The notes: a model not told the origin generated them from the letters alone. Positions 10,376-20,439 are shown, counted from the stretch's first letter. The stretch is 64,000 bases of DNA from Escherichia coli (GCA_902500055.1 GCA_902500055.1_4131.1); one strand, 5' to 3'. Program-made: numbers and translations.

Positions 10376-10776
10376 ACTTTACCAGGGAAGTGTTTCTCGT
10401 AGTACTCATCATCACTTAACATATAATCAGGAGTTTCTACTTCTATGGTTTTGAAGATTGTTTCTGGAATGTGTGTGACTTTATTGGGTTGTACTTTATG
10501 TTCGCGTAAAACCTTCTGTATCGCTCCTAGACGTTGTAAATCGATACATGTAGGAAAGACTAAGCTGTACTGAAATAACTCATCAGGGGTCATTATAGAC
10601 ACATCTTTAGCTTGTTTGATTTGATAATTAGTACTAATGAATATATCAAATCCTTGTACAGCATTATAGCTTACATAGGTTGTTTTATTTTTGTCAATAG
10701 GAGCACTTAAACGATATCCATATATCCCGTGTTGGTCAACAACACAACGTTGCATAATTTTAATCATTTCTAACAT
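10363..10776 (-). CDS. famA paralog, hypothetical protein
   Basis: 137 aa; core PDELFQYSLVF. Confidence 0.6.
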   Translation of the reverse strand: MLEMIKIMQRCVVDQHGIYGYRLSAPIDKNKTTYVSYNAVQGFDIFISTNYQIKQAKDVSIMTPDELFQYSLVFPTCIDLQRLGAIQKVLREHKVQPNKVTHIPETIFKTIEVETPDYMLSDDEYYEKHFPGKVWRD

Positions 10777-11122
10777 AATTTACCTCATATGTATTGTAAC
10801 ACCACGGTTTAACAATATCGATTTGTATATCATTTGCTTCATGAAAATGTTTAAGTACCTTCTGGTATTCCATTATTTCGTACACATCTTCAGTACTTAT
10901 AGTGCTCTCCTGAAATAATTCCTCTTCTGATAAAGTACTATAATCAGGGATTTTTATTTCTGAATATATATCATTTATCTTTCCATTATATTGATAAATC
11001 TGGATATAAAATTGATTGTATTCTGGAATATAGGTTACATAATGGTTGTGGTTGATTACATATCTTGAAACAAAGTATTCAGTACCATCAGTCATGTACT
11101 GAATTGTTGTCGTATTTTGCAT
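10760..11122 (-). CDS. famA paralog, hypothetical protein
   Basis: 120 aa; core EEELFQESTIS. Confidence 0.6.
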   Translation of the reverse strand: MQNTTTIQYMTDGTEYFVSRYVINHNHYVTYIPEYNQFYIQIYQYNGKINDIYSEIKIPDYSTLSEEELFQESTISTEDVYEIMEYQKVLKHFHEANDIQIDIVKPWCYNTYEVNYVRND

Positions 11123-11582
11123 TCAAATAATCCACGCATTTATAGTATACTGCTAAATCTAAAAAGAATCGTTGTTTGTATTTGTAATGATGAAGTAGTG
11201 CACCATAAAATAACATAGCATTAAGTACTTTTACATCATGAATACAAGAACCCTGAAAGTACATTTCCTCTGACATGAATACTAAATCATTATACGGAAC
11301 AAATACTGCTTCTCTAAATGTATCAATATTAATCTTCAAATCAGACCCAGGGCAATATGAAATGTATTCTGCTTTGTAATGAAAGTCATTATCATCAAAG
11401 TACTCCGCGTAGATTTGATTACCTCTACCATTAGTAAATGCTAGTCTTCCTTTAGATGAACTGAACTCATCGTATTGAAACATACCACCAAAAGGTTTAG
11501 GACTTCTGAACTCCTTTGCAATGCGATAGATATTTTCTGCAAATTCTAAAACACCATCGTAATCATATTCTGTAGTAATCAT
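11088..11582 (-). CDS. famA paralog, hypothetical protein
   Basis: 164 aa; core EEMYFQGSCIH. Confidence 0.6.
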   Translation of the reverse strand: MITTEYDYDGVLEFAENIYRIAKEFRSPKPFGGMFQYDEFSSSKGRLAFTNGRGNQIYAEYFDDNDFHYKAEYISYCPGSDLKINIDTFREAVFVPYNDLVFMSEEMYFQGSCIHDVKVLNAMLFYGALLHHYKYKQRFFLDLAVYYKCVDYLNAKYDNNSVHD

Positions 11583-12055
11583 AAACCATTTTTCTCCAGG
11601 TACTCAATAATACAATCGACATTGTTCAGGTCCAAGTAGAAATGATCACTATCGGAATTTAGTTCATTTTTAAGGGCTGTTAAAATCACTGAACTGAAAA
11701 CAATCCTCTCTGGATACACAGTATTGTACTGGAAGAACTCTTCTTCAGTGTTAATTACAATCGTATCAAATGCTTCATTTATAAGAAGATGATTGTAGTA
11801 TTTGAAATTATCTGAACTTGGGAAATGGTATGAAATAAAATCACCACTTGGTACTTCATCAAGCACTCTAATACTACAAGTTGATTCATCTGAACTATAG
11901 AGTAACCCATCCATAAAGGAAAGGTATCCATTTCGTTTTTTGACTGTATGTTTGCCCACTGAAAAATCTTCAGTAACATTCGAAAGGAATTTATAAACCC
12001 TGATAATGTCTTTTGCTATTTTTTGTGCATTGCTAAATGATAGGTCTTTGGACAT
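11579..12055 (-). CDS. famA paralog, hypothetical protein
   Basis: 158 aa; core EEEFFQYNTVY. Confidence 0.6.
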   Translation of the reverse strand: MSKDLSFSNAQKIAKDIIRVYKFLSNVTEDFSVGKHTVKKRNGYLSFMDGLLYSSDESTCSIRVLDEVPSGDFISYHFPSSDNFKYYNHLLINEAFDTIVINTEEEFFQYNTVYPERIVFSSVILTALKNELNSDSDHFYLDLNNVDCIIEYLEKNGL

Positions 12056-12065
12056 TGTGTTATAA

Positions 12066-12118
12066 CCCTTTACAATTAATATAAAGGGATTATATCACAA
12101 AAAATCGGTGGGTGTCAA
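12066..12118 (-). promoter_or_regulatory. sigma70-like promoter plus 5' leader hairpin
   Basis: Minus sense TTGACA-18 nt-TATAAT followed by palindrome CCCTTTA..TAAAGGG before the ATG of 11579..12055. Confidence 0.4.
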
Positions 12119-12699
12119 GAGTGGTTGCGAAGTTCTACCATTTCTTCCCAAACTAATTGGTAATCTTCTAAGTCCAGATAGAAGTCTTCATTCCAGTGCT
12201 CATGAAAGTACTTATACATGAATAGAACTCCTAAATCGTATGCAGGAAACAATAATGATAGTTGAAAGTAGTATTCCTGATTTAAAACTATATCAATAAA
12301 CTCTAATGTACGTATGCCACCTTTCGATGAACGTATCTCAATGTGTGAGGTATCCTTCATACTGTAACACATGAAACCACCTCTAAATTCTGGATCATAT
12401 TCACATTCGAACTGCTCACTGTTGTTATAGAAATCTCTCCCACTTTCTTGATCTTTCGGTCTACGTACTGATACATGAATATTTTTATCACGGTACATTG
12501 AACGATTTAGTATTTTCAAACATTTGAACTTATCTTCTTTAATGAACTTGATAATATCAATTATATCTTGTGCTGTACTGATAGCTGATTCGAATGTATC
12601 CAACTTAAGATGATTATATTGGGTTCCAGAGTTCATTTTTTTATCTAACATATAAACCTCATAATTCATACATTTTTGATTTGAACTGCATATGACCAC
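12115..12699 (-). CDS. famA paralog, hypothetical protein
   Basis: 194 aa; core QEYYFQLSLLF. Confidence 0.6.
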   Translation of the reverse strand: MVICSSNQKCMNYEVYMLDKKMNSGTQYNHLKLDTFESAISTAQDIIDIIKFIKEDKFKCLKILNRSMYRDKNIHVSVRRPKDQESGRDFYNNSEQFECEYDPEFRGGFMCYSMKDTSHIEIRSSKGGIRTLEFIDIVLNQEYYFQLSLLFPAYDLGVLFMYKYFHEHWNEDFYLDLEDYQLVWEEMVELRNHS

Positions 12700-13000
12700 C
12701 TATTTCACATGGATAACAATTCATAATTTTGTTCAATAGAATCTGGTATTTTTTAATAACTTCTATATCAATTTTTATATTACTATTAAAAACTAATGAT
12801 TCTTGAAATAATTCCCCCTCGTCAAGTGAAGTAAAATCATTTATCTTCAAGGGTATATTGTTGCATCGCAAGGAGAATGTATTTTCATCACGAATTAAAG
12901 TATAGAAATCATTATGTTTTTTATTATAATCAAATTTAACAAGTAGTAGTTTAATATGAGTAGCGTACATTACTTTAACTAATTCAGATTCACGTCGCAT
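12659..13000 (-). CDS. famA paralog, hypothetical protein
   Basis: 113 aa; core EGELFQESLVF. Confidence 0.6.
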   Translation of the reverse strand: MRRESELVKVMYATHIKLLLVKFDYNKKHNDFYTLIRDENTFSLRCNNIPLKINDFTSLDEGELFQESLVFNSNIKIDIEVIKKYQILLNKIMNCYPCEIGGHMQFKSKMYEL

Positions 13001-13422
13001 ACAATACCTCTCTTATGATGCAAACATTCTTGCATAATGTGTTGTATTTTTCGTAACAGAAACACATCCAGTTCATTAAAAACAGTACTGTACTGGAACA
13101 TCTCTTCTTCCCCGTACTCAGTTAAATCGTCAATTTCATCTCTAGAAACAGCTACAATATTAAAACCACGTGTACTACAATAACCCTTAGTAAGATAATA
13201 TATGTACTTGTACTCTCCGTTGATATCTAAGAGATCTTGTGTGATACAGAAGCTTTTGGGTGACAGTTTATCATCAGGAACCATATGCCTTGCTTGTACA
13301 TAGCAACGGATACCATCACCTATACTATATGTAATAACTTCAAATTCAATCTTCATAGGTGAATATAATCCTTTTATATTGCTCAGGTGCAGTACTGAAA
13401 CGTTTGATTGGATAATTATCAA
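12979..13422 (-). CDS. famA paralog, hypothetical protein
   Basis: 147 aa; core EEEMFQYSTVF. Confidence 0.6.
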   Translation of the reverse strand: MIIIQSNVSVLHLSNIKGLYSPMKIEFEVITYSIGDGIRCYVQARHMVPDDKLSPKSFCITQDLLDINGEYKYIYYLTKGYCSTRGFNIVAVSRDEIDDLTEYGEEEMFQYSTVFNELDVFLLRKIQHIMQECLHHKRGIVCDVNLN

Positions 13423-13708
13423 AGATTCTTTTCATTTCTTTCTGGATTAAACATAAGAAATCAAAGTTACAATCGTACTTATTATCCCATACTAAACTTT
13501 CTTGGAATAACTCATCCTCTTGCATTAGTGTAGTGTCAATTACATCTTCACGGACATAGCTATATACTTCATAGCTCTTGAAGCCATCTTCTGATAATTC
13601 TAATTCATATGCAGCCATATCAAACATATCATCATGGTTTGTCTTCAAAGATATTAAACAAGTAACTAATTTTTTAGTTGTATAGTATGTAATACTTAAT
13701 GTGTTCAT
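13346..13708 (-). CDS. famA paralog, hypothetical protein
   Basis: 120 aa; core EDELFQESLVW. Confidence 0.6.
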   Translation of the reverse strand: MNTLSITYYTTKKLVTCLISLKTNHDDMFDMAAYELELSEDGFKSYEVYSYVREDVIDTTLMQEDELFQESLVWDNKYDCNFDFLCLIQKEMKRIFDNYPIKRFSTAPEQYKRIIFTYED

Positions 13709-13713
13709 TTGTT

Positions 13714-14316
13714 TTATACCTCAGTGTATAGCTTACAATAACTTTCATCGAAGTCACAAACACTTCTCAAGTACTGACACAGGTCATTGAAAATATTTAC
13801 ATTTGATATATATACATTATCAAATTCTGTTCGTTGAAAGAATGTATGCATAGAATTTGTAATATATCGCATTGCATCTTCACGTCCCATAGTTATATCA
13901 TTTGTGAACATTGCATCTTCATCAGTACTGATGTGTTCTATTTTAAATGATTTCATAAATGGAATACTCTTTCCTAGGGCATAACCATCACCATATGATG
14001 CTTCTACTGCACCTTTGGAATAAAGGAATTGATATAAGTCCGAATCACGATTATAAAAAGTACGACATACGGAGGAACATAATTTATTATCTATATGAAA
14101 TAAAAATCTTTTAGCATTTTTGTCTAATACTATTCGCAATGCATCACTCTCTAGAAATATATCACCATCAAGCATAAATGAGAACTGTACTAATGCTTTT
14201 TCTAAATCCGCTCGTTTGTGATAAATCATTTCCTGCATATATATAATATCATTTGCTAATTTCTTAAAAAACAAATGCACATCTGCACTACAACATTTAT
14301 TTGCATTTATTGACAT
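13714..14316 (-). CDS. hypothetical protein (degenerate famA-like)
   Basis: 200 aa. Confidence 0.5.
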   Translation of the reverse strand: MSINANKCCSADVHLFFKKLANDIIYMQEMIYHKRADLEKALVQFSFMLDGDIFLESDALRIVLDKNAKRFLFHIDNKLCSSVCRTFYNRDSDLYQFLYSKGAVEASYGDGYALGKSIPFMKSFKIEHISTDEDAMFTNDITMGREDAMRYITNSMHTFFQRTEFDNVYISNVNIFNDLCQYLRSVCDFDESYCKLYTEV

Positions 14317-14867
14317 AATAGTTCCTTATACATATGATGTACTTTACAAATCTCATTATAGTATTTCATATCAATGTCATTTGTAATAAAAACGGAAACA
14401 GACAATACTGCTAACTTATCAATTAAGTAATTATTATCGGCGTACTGTTTTAACTTATTGAACATATAGATGCATTTTATACTTAATTCATCATGCAACA
14501 CACTGTTCTGAAAAATATTCTCTTCAGTATTAGGAGATAAGTAATCTTCAATTATATACGATAAACTACTATCGCAATCTTTATAGATTGAAATTGATGG
14601 ATGTAATGTGTCATACATTACACTAAACAGATCACCGTCATATGTGGATATTAAACTATTATTGGAAACAGTAGGATGATAATATTTCAGTACTGAAAAC
14701 TTTGAACAATCAGTGCAGTAAAAATGATCCATCCCTCGACGACTTTCGTATGAGAATAGTTTACTTGTATATTCAATCCCTTTGGTGCGACGGATTGTTT
14801 CATGCATTTCTGCACATTGCATTAAAATTACCATACGTTCAAACGCAAGATCTAAATCATCGTACAT
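14307..14867 (-). CDS. famA paralog, hypothetical protein
   Basis: 186 aa; core EENIFQNSVLH. Confidence 0.6.
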   Translation of the reverse strand: MYDDLDLAFERMVILMQCAEMHETIRRTKGIEYTSKLFSYESRRGMDHFYCTDCSKFSVLKYYHPTVSNNSLISTYDGDLFSVMYDTLHPSISIYKDCDSSLSYIIEDYLSPNTEENIFQNSVLHDELSIKCIYMFNKLKQYADNNYLIDKLAVLSVSVFITNDIDMKYYNEICKVHHMYKELLCQ

Positions 14868-15048
14868 AACGGATATCCTTCTTCAACGAATTAATATATT
14901 CCAAAATAACTTGTTCCTGATATTGGGTTCCCAAGTACATCAGTACTTTCAACTCTTTGAATTCAGTACTATATGAGTCTGTTTGCATCATTCTAGTAGA
15001 ATATATATTGAATAGTTTAGCAATATCATCTTGGTCTATTATTTTCAT
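14857..15048 (-). CDS. famB paralog (LGTNYQE-core small protein)
   Basis: 63 aa; core YLGTQYQEQVILEYI; isolated copy inside famA array. Confidence 0.55.
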   Translation of the reverse strand: MKIIDQDDIAKLFNIYSTRMMQTDSYSTEFKELKVLMYLGTQYQEQVILEYINSLKKDIRYVR

Positions 15049-15244
15049 TAACCCTCTTCTGTATTAGTTCCTGTAAGTGCTGAATATAACCCTTCATTGC
15101 AACATCCTGTTTGTTAGAGCCAACGAAGAACAAGAGCTTAAAGTCATGGTAATCCATTTTTGGTTTAGTAGTGAACCATATGTCCCACACTGCACTCACA
15201 GTTCTCATGTATTCAATTCGATTAAATGTTTTTGAATACTTCAT
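15026..15244 (-). CDS. famB-like small protein
   Basis: 72 aa; degenerate core FVGSNKQDVAMKGYI. Confidence 0.45.
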   Translation of the reverse strand: MKYSKTFNRIEYMRTVSAVWDIWFTTKPKMDYHDFKLLFFVGSNKQDVAMKGYIQHLQELIQKRVNENNRPR

Positions 15245-15758
15245 CGATGTTCATTGCCAATAAGTTAATATACAAATTACTGTTAAATGCTATCTGCAAT
15301 TCCATATAGAACTGAATGATTGCATAGTCAGGGTCAGTACACGATAGTTGAAAACACTGTTCGTCGAATGCATTGTAATTGTACTTAGGGATGTGAATTT
15401 CACGCTTCAAATCAGGTTGCCCCCACTTCATCGCGTACACACCAATGTTATTGTTCTTTTTCCTTTTCTTAAATGTTAATTGTTGAATATTTCCTGCGTT
15501 ATCCAGGAAAATAGAATTATTCGACACAGGTGCACCAATAGAAAACAATGATGTATCAATTACGTGTTTCTCACGTACATCACACTTCTGAAATGCACCT
15601 GTACCCTGTAATACACGATGAAAATTGTACTTCTCATTAACAACAGTACTAGGATCAATTAAACCAGTACTGCATTTTTTGAGTACTGGTACAATGGTGC
15701 GAATCTTTTTTGATAAATCTTGTAATGCATCAAAGTCATTGATGTTAACTTTCATCAC
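15222..15758 (-). CDS. famA paralog, hypothetical protein
   Basis: 178 aa; core DEQCFQLSCTD. Confidence 0.6.
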   Translation of the reverse strand: MMKVNINDFDALQDLSKKIRTIVPVLKKCSTGLIDPSTVVNEKYNFHRVLQGTGAFQKCDVREKHVIDTSLFSIGAPVSNNSIFLDNAGNIQQLTFKKRKKNNNIGVYAMKWGQPDLKREIHIPKYNYNAFDEQCFQLSCTDPDYAIIQFYMELQIAFNSNLYINLLAMNIDEVFKNI

Positions 15759-16204
15759 TCGAATGTAGCCTCTTCAGTAGTAACAAAATTGGTTAGTGTA
15801 TCCAGTTCAGCAGTGTCAAGATAAAATACATCTAGTACAGATTTCTGATATATTACACTGAATGTGCATAGATTGTCAAGTGTCCCTTGTTCATAAACAG
15901 TACTACCCTGGAAGTACCCTTCTTCAGTACTCAGGGATAAAATATCTGAAATTTTAAAAGATTCTTCAGTTGCATGTCTTTCTATATTAACTATATTGCC
16001 GTTTCGGTTCAATGAAATATAATCGTATGCTAACTCAATTAGACTATAATTATCCGCATTAGTGTCAAATAAAGCGACAATTTTTCGTCTCAATCTCTCA
16101 TCGTGATCATGGTTTTCATCAGCTAAGTATTCAGGATTTTCTTTGAAGAATTTAACGACGCGTAGAATATCATTTGCTTTCTTGATTGCACTTTCGTAAC
16201 TCAT
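15755..16204 (-). CDS. famA paralog, hypothetical protein
   Basis: 149 aa; core EEGYFQGSTVY. Confidence 0.6.
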   Translation of the reverse strand: MSYESAIKKANDILRVVKFFKENPEYLADENHDHDERLRRKIVALFDTNADNYSLIELAYDYISLNRNGNIVNIERHATEESFKISDILSLSTEEGYFQGSTVYEQGTLDNLCTFSVIYQKSVLDVFYLDTAELDTLTNFVTTEEATFE

Positions 16205-16509
16205 AATAATTCAACCACTCCATCTCTAAAGTACATATAACTACCACCATTGGATACTGTGAATTCTATTGTCCCCAATAATATATTATATTTTTTTATT
16301 TCACATGTAGTACTTGTAGTGTAAGGCTCACCATCTCCTAAGTACATTGACATATGACATAGAACTTTTCTACCAGCATATTTCTCTTCAAACGATTGTT
16401 CAAAACTATGCATAATTTGATTTAAAGCTGAAATGTAATTAATAAAGTCAGGTATTTCTGTCAATGAATTATAAACCGTACAAAGTGAATCAAATTCATT
16501 TTTAGTCAT
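16201..16509 (-). CDS. hypothetical protein
   Basis: 102 aa; no famA core. Confidence 0.5.
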   Translation of the reverse strand: MTKNEFDSLCTVYNSLTEIPDFINYISALNQIMHSFEQSFEEKYAGRKVLCHMSMYLGDGEPYTTSTTCEIKKYNILLGTIEFTVSNGGSYMYFRDGVVELL

Positions 16510-16823
16510 TATATTTCTATCTCAATGTAATCCTGTGTGATTAAGTAATTCCAATGATACTTCACCTGCTTTTGTAATTCAATTAACGTAAAGAAGTTGA
16601 TCGATTTATCCCACACGAGCGATTCCTGGAAAATAAATGATTCATGTTCATCGTAATAATCACACTCTAAAAAATCAGGTATATATTCACTATCGTGAAT
16701 GTATTCAACAAATGAACTAGCTTGGCATTTCTTTACTACTAGTAATAATGAATTATCATGATCAAACAGATACAATAAACTAATTTCACCAGGGACGTAC
16801 TGAACACTGAATAAGTTTTTCAT
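16509..16823 (-). CDS. famA paralog, hypothetical protein
   Basis: 104 aa; core ESFIFQESLVW. Confidence 0.6.
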   Translation of the reverse strand: MKNLFSVQYVPGEISLLYLFDHDNSLLLVVKKCQASSFVEYIHDSEYIPDFLECDYYDEHESFIFQESLVWDKSINFFTLIELQKQVKYHWNYLITQDYIEIEI

Positions 16824-17272
16824 TCTATACCTTCTGGATCTTTACGAAGTTCTTCGAAATCCAAATAAAATCGAGGACAGTTAACACTCTTTAAGTACCA
16901 CATAATAACTAATGCTTCAAGTACTTCATCATCGTAAACAGTACTGTTTTGGAAGTAATACTCTTCACTATCCCACGGACCTTCCAGTACTTCATAATTC
17001 AAAATTAATGGTTTTTTGCGATTAATAAAACGAATGCTACCATTTTCAACATAACTAATAAATTCTGCATCTCTATTGTATTCAGAAAACGATATAGGAC
17101 TATTGGAATTCAACCCAAGAATAACCCTTACACCAACGGAGTTATTATACATTTCATCCTTGTAGTAGTTGCCGTTCTCGGCTTTGTACACTTCTTTGAA
17201 CTTTCCTGCCTTTATATCGTCAAAGTATCCATGTAGTTCTTTTGCTTTTTCAAGAGCACTTTGTAATGACAT
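16820..17272 (-). CDS. famA subfamily A1 paralog
   Basis: 150 aa; N-term MSLQSALEKAK; core SEEYYFQNSTVY; tail VIMWYLK. Confidence 0.65.
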   Translation of the reverse strand: MSLQSALEKAKELHGYFDDIKAGKFKEVYKAENGNYYKDEMYNNSVGVRVILGLNSNSPISFSEYNRDAEFISYVENGSIRFINRKKPLILNYEVLEGPWDSEEYYFQNSTVYDDEVLEALVIMWYLKSVNCPRFYLDFEELRKDPEGIE

Positions 17273-17738
17273 TACCTTCTCCTACAGTATTCTCTACATA
17301 TTCATAATCAAAATAGAAACTACTGGAGTCAATACTTTTGAAATACCACATAATTACAATAACATCCAGTTCTTCTTCATTGTACAACGTACTATTCTGG
17401 AAGTAATACTCTTCACTATCCCACGGACCTTCTAGTACTGAATAAGGAATGATAGTGTCATCAGCATCACTATCTGTGTTGTAGATGGTAATATCTTCAT
17501 TACGGCAATAACTAATGTACTGATTGTACATATGATATTCACAGTTATCACTGTCACCAGTATCAGTGTGCAGTACTAATGTTTCTGCACATACCTCTGA
17601 TTCGTCATAATCATCTCTATCCTTAACGAAGAATTCCGTATCTGATGTTTTGTATACACCTGGTACTGAACCTTCCTGTACCATAATCATGTACTCATGA
17701 ATTTTCTTTGCTTCTTTCAATGCACTTTGTAATGACAT
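17250..17738 (-). CDS. famA subfamily A1 paralog
   Basis: 162 aa; MSLQSALKEAK; core SEEYYFQNSTLY. Confidence 0.65.
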   Translation of the reverse strand: MSLQSALKEAKKIHEYMIMVQEGSVPGVYKTSDTEFFVKDRDDYDESEVCAETLVLHTDTGDSDNCEYHMYNQYISYCRNEDITIYNTDSDADDTIIPYSVLEGPWDSEEYYFQNSTLYNEEELDVIVIMWYFKSIDSSSFYFDYEYVENTVGEGNVITKCS

Positions 17739-17740
17739 TA

Positions 17741-18181
17741 TTATTCCCCTGAAATTAAATACTCACATGATCCCCAGTCAAGAAAGAATGGTTCAAAATT
17801 CAATTCCTTAAAGTACCACAACACAACCAAGGAATCAAGCATTTCTTGGTTAAAAATGAGACTCTGTTGGAAGTAATACTCTTCAGTACCCCACGGGCCA
17901 TCAAGTACTCCGAAGTCAACAGGTGTATTTGATGTGTCAAAAGTAATCTTAGTACCAGGAATATATACCATAAAACTAGTATATTGACTACATGAAGAGT
18001 ACTGTATATTATTGTCTTTATCATGACCCATAAGTAAAATATCATTAGAGTATCTCTTTACTCCAGTGAGGTAATATTCATTCCCATATGCATGTACTTT
18101 ATCAGCATAGAACCCACTTTTTATTTTATCATGGTACTGATGTATTTTGTTGGCTAGTTCTAGTGCTTTTTCTAAACTCAT
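17741..18181 (-). CDS. famA subfamily A1 paralog
   Basis: 146 aa; MSLEKALELANK; core TEEYYFQQSLIF. Confidence 0.65.
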   Translation of the reverse strand: MSLEKALELANKIHQYHDKIKSGFYADKVHAYGNEYYLTGVKRYSNDILLMGHDKDNNIQYSSCSQYTSFMVYIPGTKITFDTSNTPVDFGVLDGPWGTEEYYFQQSLIFNQEMLDSLVVLWYFKELNFEPFFLDWGSCEYLISGE

Positions 18182-18648
18182 ATATCCTCTTTAAGTACTC
18201 TTAGTAGATCCAAGTCTATGTAGAAGCTACTATAATCCGTGTTATGAAAGTACCACGAAATAACAAGTTTGTCAAGTATATCTTCATTATATATAGTACT
18301 CTGCTGGAAATAGTAATCTTCACTACCCCAGTTATTATCCAGTACTGAATACGGAAGATATACCTCTGGTGCACCTGTTTGAATTAATGAATCTTGGATT
18401 AAAATATCAGCATCACGGCAGAAGTACATGTAATTATCTTCCAAATTAACATCACATCCTGTGAGTACTATGTCAGAATCATCTAAGTTTTCTTCATACA
18501 TATGGATATATTCACTACTGTCATCGTATATCATTCGACAATATGATTTACCTTCCTTGAATAGATATCCATTGAGACAATTTGATACAATTTCTTTGCT
18601 GCATAAATCAATTAACTTCGCAATCTCTAATGCTCTTTCTAAACTCAT
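18178..18648 (-). CDS. famA subfamily A1 paralog
   Basis: 156 aa; MSLERALEIAK; core SEDYYFQQSTIY. Confidence 0.65.
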   Translation of the reverse strand: MSLERALEIAKLIDLCSKEIVSNCLNGYLFKEGKSYCRMIYDDSSEYIHMYEENLDDSDIVLTGCDVNLEDNYMYFCRDADILIQDSLIQTGAPEVYLPYSVLDNNWGSEDYYFQQSTIYNEDILDKLVISWYFHNTDYSSFYIDLDLLRVLKEDI

Positions 18649-18649
18649 T

Positions 18650-19144
18650 TCAACCCCTGTTAATACCGTTATCTACAGTTTTCGTTACGTATCTGTAATC
18701 GAAATAGAAGTTCCCAGAACCAATACTTTTAAAGTACCACATAATAACTAATACTTCAAGTACTTCATCATCGTAAACAGTACTTTGTTGGAAGTAATAC
18801 TCTTCACTATCCCACTGACCTTCTAGTACTTCACTCGGAATTATAATGTCATCGGAATCGCAGTCAGTACTGTATATGGTAATATCTGCATCATTAATAT
18901 AGACCATGTACTCATTATGCATATCAATGAAACATTCATAATCATTAGGGTCGGTATCTAGTATGCACGTTTCTGTATCCAGTACGCACGTTTCTGTATC
19001 TGAGCAGTCATTATAAAGGAGGTTATCTGGCACATAATATTGAGTACTTGTGTCTTTGAAAACACCGTAAACTGAACCTTCTTTTGCCATATTCATGTAC
19101 TCATGAATCTTCTTTGCTTTTTCCAATGAACTCTGTAATGTCAT
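18650..19144 (-). CDS. famA subfamily A1 paralog
   Basis: 164 aa; MTLQSSLEKAK; core SEEYYFQQSTVY; internal tandem duplication TETCVLDTETCILDT. Confidence 0.65.
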   Translation of the reverse strand: MTLQSSLEKAKKIHEYMNMAKEGSVYGVFKDTSTQYYVPDNLLYNDCSDTETCVLDTETCILDTDPNDYECFIDMHNEYMVYINDADITIYSTDCDSDDIIIPSEVLEGQWDSEEYYFQQSTVYDDEVLEVLVIMWYFKSIGSGNFYFDYRYVTKTVDNGINRG

Positions 19145-19153
19145 TTTATAATC

Positions 19154-19513
19154 TCATATATTGAAATAATAATTATTCGTTCTTGATGGGGATGGATTAA
19201 ATACGTTTTCTTTTTCAAATCTCTTCATTTCATTTTGCAAAGAAACCATTTCTTCAAATGTACAGGAGTACTTATTCTTATCAAACACTAATGCTTCCTG
19301 AAATAGTTCACCATCGTCCAGTACTGTATAATCTATAAGACTCTCAGATTCATAGTCATAGCCATCATGTAATACATGAATAAATTTAAAACAAGAATCT
19401 TTGTAGTGCATATATAAACTCAACTCATGTTCCGAGTCTCCCTTAATAAGATTACAGCACAAGTCCCATCCTTTAGGTAACTTATAATAGTACATAGAAT
19501 AATCATATGTCAT
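19154..19513 (-). CDS. famA subfamily A2 paralog
   Basis: 119 aa; core DGELFQEALVFDK. Confidence 0.6.
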   Translation of the reverse strand: MTYDYSMYYYKLPKGWDLCCNLIKGDSEHELSLYMHYKDSCFKFIHVLHDGYDYESESLIDYTVLDDGELFQEALVFDKNKYSCTFEEMVSLQNEMKRFEKENVFNPSPSRTNNYYFNI

Positions 19514-19869
19514 TTTGGAATTCCTATATTGAATTTGTATTCTTGATTAATACATTCATTAGGTTTATTCAACGATGCATACACCTTCATTTCATTTTGT
19601 ATAGTAATTACTTCTTCAAGTGTACAGATGTACTTCTTGTCAAATACTAATGCAGCTTGAAATAGTTCACCAGCATCCATCAATGTATAGTCCGGCATAT
19701 CAGTGTATGGAAAATCTAATGAACTGTAATCAATAAATGAGAATTTACCATCAGTAAAATGAATATACTCATTCGCACTGTGCATTAAATCACCTTTGTT
19801 TAAATTACAAAAGTACTGATAACTGTGCTTAAAAGAATGTACTGATATTAAAAAATCAAATTCCATCAC
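19510..19869 (-). CDS. famA subfamily A2 paralog
   Basis: 119 aa; core AGELFQAALVFDKKYICTLEE. Confidence 0.6.
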   Translation of the reverse strand: MMEFDFLISVHSFKHSYQYFCNLNKGDLMHSANEYIHFTDGKFSFIDYSSLDFPYTDMPDYTLMDAGELFQAALVFDKKYICTLEEVITIQNEMKVYASLNKPNECINQEYKFNIGIPK

Positions 19870-20243
19870 ACTTCCCCTAGATTGAAATGATTACAAAAAT
19901 CAACTTCACCAGTACTGCACCAGATATCTATACATTCCCTGTGAATACATTTAATTCTACGCTGTAATTCAATCATCTCTTCTAATGTACAGATGTACTT
20001 CTTATCAAATACTAATGCCTCCTGAAACAGTGCAGCATCATCAAGTACTGTATAGTCCAACATCTCGGTTGCTTTACCCCTAAACCCAGTACTAAAATCC
20101 ATCAAATAAAAGTCAGCATTCCAGTACTTTAAAATCTTGTCCCTAGCGTAGTTTAAATCACCCTTGTATAAGTTAGAGTGCGTAACTAACTCACCAGTGT
20201 ACATCCATGTCCTTGCACAAAATTCATTATATTTTATTTCCAT
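19866..20243 (-). CDS. famA subfamily A2 paralog
   Basis: Track ORF 19866..20384 trimmed to Met48 (MEIKYNEF...); core AALFQEALVFDKKYICTLEE. Confidence 0.5.
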   Translation of the reverse strand: MEIKYNEFCARTWMYTGELVTHSNLYKGDLNYARDKILKYWNADFYLMDFSTGFRGKATEMLDYTVLDDAALFQEALVFDKKYICTLEEMIELQRRIKCIHRECIDIWCSTGEVDFCNHFNLGEV

Positions 20244-20439
20244 CTTAATCTCTACTATAATTAATAAGGTAAACTCCAATATAAGGAGCACGTTCGGCGG
20301 CGGGGTATTTTTTGTTTCAGGAAACATGAACTGTACTCTGAAAAACACAATATAAAACTTTATATTAAACATATACCTTAGCATGTTTTTCAGCGGAAAT
20401 TTTTTTGACCCCCCTGCGGCCTGTCAAAATGAAACGTCT

